Positions 10,383 to 19,176 of a DNA stretch of 64,000 nt are shown one piece after another. The translations under genes and the position numbers were made by a program. The DNA lies in contig CATNEN010000001.1 of assembly GCA_950097015.1 (NCBI GenBank), positions 14,384,001-14,448,000 of the forward strand, read 5' to 3'. The notes beneath the pieces are model-generated. The model was given only the letters and a program-made list of their open reading frames with translations, had not been told where the DNA came from and did no database searches. Numbering within the stretch: the first letter of the stretch is position 1; every line of letters starts with the position of its first letter. This DNA comes from Macrostomum hystrix. Its lineage: Eukaryota; Animalia; Platyhelminthes.

Positions 10383-13244
10383 TCACTCGCAGGTCGCGGG
10401 TACGCTCAGCAGCACCCGGCCGTGCTGCTCCGAGTTGGCACCCGTGGAGGTAGCGCAGCCGAAGCCACTGCAGAAGGACCCGCCTCCACCGCCAGCCAGG
10501 CCTCCTTGGTATCCAGCACCGCCGCCGCTGAAACCCCCACCTCCACCGCCAGCGCCACTGCCAACCATTACGCAGCAGCCGCCACCGGCGCCACCACCAC
10601 CGAAGCCGCCGTCTCCAGAGCGGCAGCTGAACAAGATGTTGACGCGTTGCGCCGAGCCGCCGAGCCAGCCGTCGATGCGGCTGAGCCCAGGACCTCCAGG
10701 GTAAGTGAAGGACTCATTGCTGGCCACCGCCGAAGCTCTCCAGCCGGCGCCGGCACCTCCGCAGGATTCGTAAGTAGAGACTCGGTAGGACGACGCAAGA
10801 CCCGGCTGGCCGTTAGCTCCTCCGATCCCGGGGTGGGCATCAGTTGGCGAGCTGTCCGTACCTTCCGTGCCATTCGAGCCGTTCATTCCACCTTACAAAA
10901 TATAGGGAAAAATCTGAATATTGTTGCCATAAAAAAGCATTTCATTTACACATTTTTCATAATTCGACAAGTGACTCCAGTTGACTATATGGAACAGGAT
11001 GGGGATGAGTGGTCGACGGGGTAACTAACGTGTCCGGCTCTTGTACCAAGGTCCCTGAGCTTGAATTCAAGGCGACGCCACATTAATTTGGGGCGCAGTC
11101 GCATTTTAATGCAATTGGGGCTGACCTCCCACGGTCCAGTAAGAATGTACACTGCCTGACGCCAGAAACATTGTTTGCCTTCGTATGATATCTATGTGTG
11201 TTCAGGGGATCGCAAACACACGACAGAATTGCCTCTTCGTTGCGCTGTGGGCCGACTGTCAGTATAAAATGCCTTAAAAGCAGGATTACGAAGCCATTTT
11301 GCCGTCAGTTTTTATACAAAGGGGATTTCCCACACCTGCCAATTACCAAGGGGATTTCCCACACCTGCCAATTGCCAAGGGGATTTCCCATACCTGCCAA
11401 ATTACTCGTATTACTCGTATGCACCCGAGCGGAGCAACACAAGCACACGAAACTCTAGGGTTGTAGAGTTAGAGTGTAGACTCTAGGGTTGTAGGTTGTA
11501 GATTTCATTGTAAATATATGAAATATTTCATACAATAGGGTTGTATGAAATACACAAGCTCTTATGAAAAAAATCTGACATTCGGCCATAACCGATGAAT
11601 ATCTCGACGGTCTGAAGGGCTGGCGACTTGATTTTTGTTTAAGAATATGCGCAACAGAAAGTTGGCCTGTGTTCAGGAGTTTTGTGTGCTTGCGTTGCTC
11701 CCTTCAGGTGCAGCCCAAGTTATTAACAGGGGGGTGGTAGTTCTACTGTGAATGACCCTGCAATAATATTCTATATCATCCTTAACAGTCTGTATAGCTC
11801 TCAGCTCACTGAAACTGGTGGATCCTCCGCCACCGCCACCTGCAGCCAGGAGCAGCCAAGGGCTTCCGGTGTCGTTGCGGACGTACACGAAGCTTCCACC
11901 GCCGCCGCCTGCGCCTGTAGCACAAGAAGCAGCTCCACCAGCCTGGCCTACAACAATTTCCAGTTGAATGCCAGCGAGGAGCCTGAAGCTCCCAGAGGCT
12001 GAGGCACCCCTGCCTCTTTGGGATGTTCCTAGAACAGATGTGCTTCCCCCAGCAGCTCCAAAGGCTTCAATCCGATAGCAGCCAGAGAACGGTACGGAGA
12101 AGAGCTGAATTGTGCCGCTTGGTCCTGTTCCGCTATCTGTTTTTGGTGATTCGGTTTCGGCTATTTTTTCTGGTGATTGCTCGTGTTCGTAAATCTGTTT
12201 TACGGCCAAGATTGTTTCAAAGGCTAAAATCAGACTGGCAATATCTAACCACTGACGAATGAATTAAATTAACACTAAAATCTGCGATCGGGGGTGAGTG
12301 GCACAGCGGTTAACGCGTTTGCCTCTCGCACCAAGGTCCCTGAGCACGGTTCCGCGGCGAGGCCACATTCATTTGGGGCGCAGCCACGGAGAGAAGGCTT
12401 GTGGGCTTGTCGTGCAATTTACGCCCTGGAGGGACAGCCTCCAAGGCACAGTTAAAGTTCACACTGCTTGACGATTAGAAAGTCAGGCAGATGTACACAC
12501 CTGCGTGAGCATGTGCCTACGTACAGTATCTATGCGCGTGTGTGTGCTCAGGAGTCAGCGAAATGAGCAGAATTGCCTCCTCGCTAGCTGCGCGTCTAGT
12601 GCCATCAAACGATGTGCCAGCCCTCCTGCAACTATTATTGTTCTTGTTATTAATTATATCTGCGATCTCCTACTTTTGTAGGAAAGTTGTCCATTAAAGA
12701 GTTTCTTACAGATTCCCAGATCAATGCCCTAGTAACCATGTTAGGTAGATGAAAAAAATGGTAATTTTTTTCGCGCTTACTAGTAAAAGTTCTTAAAAGA
12801 CGCCTTGACCAAAGCTGAGTCTCGAAGTCGTCCGCCTTCCACAGCCTCACCGCACCGTCGGTTGGCGAGCCCAGCTGCCTGGTCACGTGACTTCCATTCG
12901 GACCTGCCTGCCCCTTCGACTCATCGTTAACAAAGACCATCTGGCACATGCGGCTGGTTTCATTTGAGACTATCGCAGCGCATCCTGAGTATCTGCACCT
13001 GATCACACATTCGGCCGCAGAGATGGCCGCATTGACGATGGTGCAGCTCACAGATTCGTTCACCAGGAGGAAGCCGCTGGTTTCAGAGTAGAAGAACTTG
13101 TTTGCTGCTTCCGTCGCTAAAACTGGTTTAAGCATTGGCATAGTCGATTGAGAATCAGATTTTTTACCTAATTACAATTTAAAAGTACTTCTCACCAAGT
13201 GATCCAACTATAAGCAGAAGGAAAACTACAGTTCGTAAACACAT
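10383..13244 (-). CDS. Secreted PAN/Apple-domain + ALK/LTK-type glycine-rich domain protein, 4 exons
   Basis: Exons 13244-13196 (signal peptide MCLRTVVFLLLIVGSL), 13116-12781 (ECVIRC..GCAAI..CQM), 12136-11810 (GCYRIEAFGAAGG..GRGA..IVVGQAGG..GGGGGSFV), 10891-10383 (GDGGFGGGG..GGGGGFSGG..GGGGGSF); GT/AG and phases consistent. Confidence 0.8.
11001..11255 (+). mobile_element. Degenerate SINE copy
   Basis: CAAGGTCCCTGAGCTTGAATTC..ATTTGGGGCGCAG..TGTACACTGCCTGACG match the SINE family. Confidence 0.65.
12290..12657 (+). mobile_element. Full-length tRNA-derived SINE with 10-bp TSD
   Basis: A-box-like TGGCACAGCGG, B-box-like region, AT-rich tail; ATCTGCGATC at 12280-12289 and 12658-12667. Confidence 0.9.
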
Positions 13245-14905
13245 CTGCTATATTAAAGTCGGTTCGGAGCGGAACTAAATTTGACGAAGTCAACCAGGTA
13301 AGAATTGAGCTGCCTCAATGCTCCGATAAGACTTATATATCTTTTCTGACTCTTCTTGATGTGTTGCAACAGTTTTTGCAAGTAGGTAGGTACATTCTTT
13401 AGGTAAGTTTCTTCGCAGGCCCAGTCAAGAACAGTAGCCAATCCAGTGCTTCTGTTGGATGTCATGGTGACGCTTTGGCGTCCTTAACGCTGAGTCCAGG
13501 TTTATTCGTGGAAGGTTTTTGGGCTTGACTTAACTGAGATACTCTCACTGCCCCTTTTCTCTCAGCTGCATTTTTATATAGCTTTCTAGCTGACTTTGCA
13601 ACACGCCTGAGACAATGTAACACTGTCCTACCTAAGATGGTTTAAAATCTGGTTTAACATCTGGTTTAACATCTCTGCAGTCTCACGTACCCAAAAGAAA
13701 ACTCTGTTTTTCAGTTTTCTGCGTTGAATGAAAATGCAATTTCAGAGAAATTCGTTTATAGAAAATCAACTATAAAACTATTTCTTTTATTTTTACACAG
13801 CTTGTATAAATCGAGGACTCAGCCATGGACTAATTGAAAGACAAAGCCAAATTACCTGATTAGGAAAATTACACTGTGGACCGTCCCTATTGGTGTCTAC
13901 AGGGAAAGTCAAATTTGAAAATATTAAATCGATTATCATGGACGACGTAGCAAGAAAGAATCTTTTTCTAGGACGGATGAGGTATTATTTCTGCTTCTTG
14001 AAACCAGCTTCTGTCTCCAACTCTCTAGCCTAATGTCACGCATTATTTCACATACTGAATGAGCTCACTCGCGTCTCGTCATCGGGGTTCCAACTTCAGC
14101 GCCGCAAACACAATTCTTTCTGATATTTTTTGTTCCACGTTGAATTAGACAAGACATTTAAACGTCTTCGCTACACAGTTTAAGCTAGCAGTCATGTAGT
14201 AGCTAAAACATCTTTGCATATGTGTGTTAGTAAAAAAAGTTACAAGAAAGTTAATATTCACTCTTGTACTCTTATTAAATACAGTCGGACATTGTAATGC
14301 CGACAGTGACTTTAAAAAGTAGGACATCAAAATAATTTTTTTACTTTCCATAGCTAAATAATATTTATTTGGAAATTGAATTATGAAAAAAGCAGTTACT
14401 TTTCATAATTCAAACCACAGGTAAATACGAGTACAATCAACCTCTTTAGAGATTGCAAGCATATTCTAGGGACTTTTTATCATACATGGTTCATTCCAAA
14501 AACATCGAGATAAGTCATCGCTTGCAAATAAAACTAAACAACAGCGATTTTTTCAACGAATCTTACCGTTTACTAGTCTAACAGCCAGCAAATAAACAAT
14601 GGTTACTCTCATGATTAATTTTGCAACAGTTAAACCATCTATAATACTTACAGCTCACCTGCTCATAAGTAGTAGATCAGGCTTTTCGATGGTCGCAAAT
14701 TTCACAGGCATATAAAAATAAAGTTTTGCATGTACTGTGCACGTATGAATAAATCGCAGTTTCCGAAATTTTCTTAGCATAATTTTTGGAGGACTTGAAT
14801 AAGCCCAATCGAGCCGAAAAAGTTCGAGCCGAATAAAACTAAATTATCTGGAACATCGATGTTCTACTGTTCCACTGTTGATACGACTGATGATCTACTG
14901 TTCTT

Positions 14906-16872
14906 CACCTCAAAAAGCAGACAGCCTATTTTATTGGCTTGTCAGACGCATTCTCTGTGGCATATACATTCGGCTTCCGCTGTTTCAGTCGCTGCCACGC
15001 GAGCAGGCAGCAGTCGTGCAGCAGCTCCACCAGCTCCAGTGCCGACAACAGCGACATGCCAAGGAAGAGGCCGAGCAGGCCGCCGACATCCGCTATCAAC
15101 GAATTGAAGCTGTAGGCGAGGGACAGGCGGACCTTCTGGCCGTGGAATTCGGCGGCTGAGATTTCCAGATAGAGCAGCGAATCGCGCACCTGCTGAAAGG
15201 TCGCATTGTTGACCAAGTACGACAGGCCAGGTGTGGGTCCGTTCTTGTTCACGTAATTGGTCGCGATGAAGTTCCTGAGGTATCCGTTCCAGCCTCTCTC
15301 CGTGGGCCACTGACTGGCTGAGTAGTCGTAGCTGTACGACCTCTGGTGGCAGAGCCCTTTCACGGCGCACAGTGAGGTCGCATTCACCAGAATGGCCTCT
15401 CGCTCTTTTATTAACGCGCTTTTCAAGATCGGACCGTTCGGGAACTGGGTCACATTGAAACACGATGGAATCTCACGATGCTCCCACAGAACTGGGTGTC
15501 GCCAAGGAGTGCAGTTGAATCTCTCAAAAGACAAGCGAGCCACCTCTCTGTAGAAGCACATCTCGGCTGTGTACTTGAAGCTCGTCTTTTCCATTGTGTA
15601 TGGGTCTAAGAAATCAGCCATTTTCTCATTGGGGAGACACACACCTTCTCCAATGTCTTTGTCATAAATTGTATCTTGCATCCTGATCGCTACTTGGTGG
15701 CTGAGGGACGGGCCAACGGACAATGACGGGTCTACATAAGACGGATGCTGTCCTCGAGGAGTTATGCGGATTATGAAACCTGCTGGCGTGGTGAAAGCAG
15801 TTCCGTAATCGAAGTCCAAATCAGGAGGCAGGAATTTCTCAGTGTCGAAATCCACCCCGATGGACTTGTGCACGGGAACTGGAAAAACGGGGTCGAGAAA
15901 CAGAGCGATCTGCAGGAAGCTCGAAGGACTCTGCAACACCCGGTAGTCCGAATCTTTGAAGTTCAGAACGAAGCAGTTGAGCAGGTCTGGAGTTCGATGA
16001 GTTCTAATATCTGGCTCGGTTATCGCGTTGAAGTAGTAATCTACCACGAGCTGGTTGGACTTGCGACCCAGCTTGTCTGACAGGAACTGGTAGGGCAGAG
16101 TGTTCGCCAGCCTGATGGCAAAGTTCTCAGCCAGCATGTCCGAGTCGTTGGCGCTGATTCCAGCGACACTCTCGTTGACCAGACGCTTGAAGTGACTCAG
16201 CTGAGCAATGTCCTCCTCGGTCAGAGTCAAGAAATTGCTGCCGGAAATGGGCTTCCGGCTGCAGATGTAGATGTCAGGGAACTCAAACTTGAGCTCGTTT
16301 GCTCTAACGTCAGTCTTGAGATCGGCCTTCCTGAAGCTCTCGTACATGGCATGGATTCGCACCGTGCAGACAGACAGTGATGCTAGAAACACAATGAGCC
16401 ACAGCGCTTTCACGTAGCGAGGCCTGTCGCTTGACAGTCGAGACAGGCTGTGAGTGGTGGCATCGTTTGCGTACTTGGCTAGTGCGTTGACCAGCATTCT
16501 TCACTGCGAGAGTTTGTGAGTTTCAGCTTCAGTCCTTGCGTGTGTGGTATTTAAAAATGCAGCCAGGTGTCAAATTTGCTAAGCAAATATTTCATTCGTT
16601 AAAATTTCGCTGGCTGCTTGATCGTAATTTTCAGCTAGCCCAAAATTTGTTTGATATCTTTCTGAGAGAAGCCACTTTGTGCACAAATGGGATTGGGTAA
16701 ACAGAAAACCTGATAATTATCCCAGGGCAGCATTATGTACTCGTACCTGTGGCAGTTCACTACGCGGAATGTCTATACTGTGAAAAGCTTTGCCATTCTA
16801 GAAAGCTAGATAGCTGACTGCTGTATCTGTCTCTATGTGTATATTTACAGTGTTTCGTATGAAAGTGCTTAT
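14906..16872 (-). repeat. Left arm of 1967-bp near-identical inverted duplication (partner 28499-30465)
   Basis: Identity runs from CACCTCAAAAAGCAG (14906) to GAAAGTGCTTAT (16872) as reverse complement of 28499-30465. Confidence 0.9.
14926..16497 (-). CDS. DEG/ENaC subunit B, intronless, 523 aa
   Basis: FPDIYIC, SASQWP, ADVGGLLGLFLGMSLLS; paralog of 7508-9142. Confidence 0.93.
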   Translation of the reverse strand: MLVNALAKYANDATTHSLSRLSSDRPRYVKALWLIVFLASLSVCTVRIHAMYESFRKADLKTDVRANELKFEFPDIYICSRKPISGSNFLTLTEEDIAQLSHFKRLVNESVAGISANDSDMLAENFAIRLANTLPYQFLSDKLGRKSNQLVVDYYFNAITEPDIRTHRTPDLLNCFVLNFKDSDYRVLQSPSSFLQIALFLDPVFPVPVHKSIGVDFDTEKFLPPDLDFDYGTAFTTPAGFIIRITPRGQHPSYVDPSLSVGPSLSHQVAIRMQDTIYDKDIGEGVCLPNEKMADFLDPYTMEKTSFKYTAEMCFYREVARLSFERFNCTPWRHPVLWEHREIPSCFNVTQFPNGPILKSALIKEREAILVNATSLCAVKGLCHQRSYSYDYSASQWPTERGWNGYLRNFIATNYVNKNGPTPGLSYLVNNATFQQVRDSLLYLEISAAEFHGQKVRLSLAYSFNSLIADVGGLLGLFLGMSLLSALELVELLHDCCLLAWQRLKQRKPNVYATENASDKPIK

Positions 16873-16992
16873 CTGCCAATTCGCAATGATGTGCCAATAG
16901 TGTATCAAAAGTTTTTAAGCATAGCTTTATTAAAAATGCGAGTACAATTTCAAGGTTTGTGGGTACTGACAAATCATCAGCGAGGAATTAAT

Positions 16993-17228
16993 TCTGCGTA
17001 TTCCGCTGACTCATGAGCACACTCACAGATATACCGTCAACAAGCACACACTCAGGCCGGAGTGTAACTCAAACTTGACTTTCTCATCTTCAGACAGTGT
17101 ACGCTCTCACTGTGCCTTGGAGGTAGGCCCTCTTCACGGCTGCGCCCCAAACGAATGTGGCCTCGCTGCGGAGTCGAGCTCAAGGACCAAGGTGCTCAGA
17201 AGCAAACACGTTAGACCGCTCTGCCCAT
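16993..17228 (-). mobile_element. SINE copy (reverse), just left of the YR cassettes
   Basis: Reverse complement of SINE body and head (GACTTTCTCATC, GGCTGCGCCCCAAA, GAGCTCAAGGACC). Confidence 0.75.
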
Positions 17229-17276
17229 TTATACACTAGGTAGCACAATGCACTAATCATGCACTAATGTAATACT

Positions 17277-19168
17277 ATAGCATGGTTTCCGAGGTCTTTA
17301 ATGTCATGGCCGAGGGCGCGAAGCGCCTCGAGGCCATAGACATTAAAAACCGAGGAAACCGTGCTATAGGGTTATTGTAGTACGATAATAGTTTCCCCAT
17401 CTATTTTAAAGATTTCTCTAAAAATGGATCAGTCCGAGGACGCGAAAGACCGCCTTACTGGGGAAACACCCATTAAAGACCGATGTCTATATTTCTTATG
17501 TCTATGGCCGAATATAGCGAGTTAAACTCTGGATCTTCTGGATCGAAATCACTTAACCTGATGGAAGGAGATAGATCCTACCCTAGCGGTCTGCTACATA
17601 TTGAATACGGAGACGTAGTTGGACTGACGAAGGACGAGATAGCCGCACGCATGGAAGCTGACAACGCTCTATTTGCTCTAGAAATGGACGCAGATAGAAT
17701 AGAAGAGATCGCGGCTGCATTCGCTGCGAGAATTGATGATAATACGCTTGCCGAACTGCTAGATGCAAAAGAGCCTCGAAACGAAGATATCGAGGCTATA
17801 ATGCAAGATCTTGATTTGGTTGAGAAAAAAACTGAACCACCAAGTGCGAGTCAGCAAGAAAAATGGGCTCTAGAAAAATTTTATTCGACCATGGAGTCCC
17901 TTCAACTTGAAGTCGACATTAAGACCTGCGCAGAGGAGCGATTGGCGGCCTGTATCCGAATTGCGTATGGAACTATCAAGCGCTCTGACGGTGGGTACTA
18001 TGCACCTGCTACTTTGCGCTGTTTCCGGGCCGGTTTGTATCGCTGGCTGCTTCGGACGCGTGGAGTGGATATCATATCTGACCAGCTGTTCAAAAAAGCG
18101 AATAATATGTTAAAAGTTGCTGCTAAACTGTTTCTGGAGAACGGCGGAGAAGTAAAGAGATTCAGCTCCATAGAAGACGATGATCTAGCTAAGCTTCGAA
18201 AGTATTTCGATCGGAGCACACCAGCAAAGTTACAGCATGAGTTCTATTACAATATGATGACTCACTTTGGGCTGCGTGCGAGAGAGTGGTTTCGACGCCT
18301 AACAGTTGAGTCGTTCGAAGAGATCATCACTGCATCTGGGCGAGAGGCTATCAAGTTGCGGCCGATGGCTACAAAGACTGATGGAGGACACTTGGAAAAT
18401 GCTGCAAAAAATACTAAACAGGTGCTGATGGTTTCTACCGGCTTACCTGACTGCCCTGTGGGCTGCTTCAATGACTACATGGAAAGGATCGCGAATGCTA
18501 AGAACAGAGAAGGTGTCGTGAACAGCATCGTCTTCATTCGGCCGAGGGCTAAGCCTAACGCAGACTCGTGGTATTTTGCCAAGCAGCCGGTTGGACACAA
18601 TACGCTGGGATCAATGATGCAGACAATATCTGAGAAGGCTGGACTGTCTAGAAAGTATGCGCCTCATTGCATCAGAGCAACGGTCGTGACGGAGCTGCAC
18701 AACGCCGGTTTTTCGCTGGAAGACATCGGCCATGTGACGGGACATCGTTCGGTTGTGTCAACCCAGCGGTACATAAGATACTCTAAGAAGAAGGAGTCCC
18801 AACTGGCATGCGTTTCGGATGCATTAAGTCGGGCTGGATGTGAACATAAAGTAAGTTCAGCTTCAACCACCAATCTGTCAACTTGCAGTTCTAGTTCTAG
18901 TGGCGGCTTCAGTGGTACGTTCACCGGCTGCACATTCAACATTTATCATAAGTGACATATTGATATTTTGCATGACATTTACGGAAAATGACCTGTTTTA
19001 CTTGTTAGAAATAATGTAATTTGTTTAGTTGTTTATACTTCTTCTAAATACAATTCTGTTTTCAATATTATAGCTTAACGACCATAGACAATTTGAGTTT
19101 AACCAATTTTTTGGATTACCCTAGGGAAATCCCAGGGACGCGAAAGACCGCTTTTATCGTACTACAAT
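17277..19168 (+). mobile_element. Crypton-like tyrosine-recombinase element 1: hairpin - IR - YR - IR
   Basis: Hairpin ~17271-17372 with GAA loop 17320-17322; perfect 16-bp IR TATTGTAGTACGATAA 17373-17388 / 19154-19169; 16-bp direct repeat GGACGCGAAAGACCGC 17438-17453 and 19136-19151. Confidence 0.8.
17483..18955 (+). CDS. Tyrosine recombinase, CryptonA/DUF3504-like, intact 490 aa
   Basis: YFDRSTPAKLQHEF..HFGLRARE (R), TKT (K), CPV, GHNTLGSMM, HCIRAT (HxxR), VTGHRS (H), QRY (Y). Confidence 0.9.
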   Translation: MSIFLMSMAEYSELNSGSSGSKSLNLMEGDRSYPSGLLHIEYGDVVGLTKDEIAARMEADNALFALEMDADRIEEIAAAFAARIDDNTLAELLDAKEPRNEDIEAIMQDLDLVEKKTEPPSASQQEKWALEKFYSTMESLQLEVDIKTCAEERLAACIRIAYGTIKRSDGGYYAPATLRCFRAGLYRWLLRTRGVDIISDQLFKKANNMLKVAAKLFLENGGEVKRFSSIEDDDLAKLRKYFDRSTPAKLQHEFYYNMMTHFGLRAREWFRRLTVESFEEIITASGREAIKLRPMATKTDGGHLENAAKNTKQVLMVSTGLPDCPVGCFNDYMERIANAKNREGVVNSIVFIRPRAKPNADSWYFAKQPVGHNTLGSMMQTISEKAGLSRKYAPHCIRATVVTELHNAGFSLEDIGHVTGHRSVVSTQRYIRYSKKKESQLACVSDALSRAGCEHKVSSASTTNLSTCSSSSSGGFSGTFTGCTFNIYHK

Positions 19169-19176
19169 AGTATATT

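Noticed and set aside
10275-11024. Plus-strand Pro- and Ala-rich ORFs
   Set aside because: Antisense shadows of the Gly-rich exon
12290-12365. tRNA gene
   Set aside because: tRNA-like head continues into a repeated body with tail and TSD, so it is a SINE
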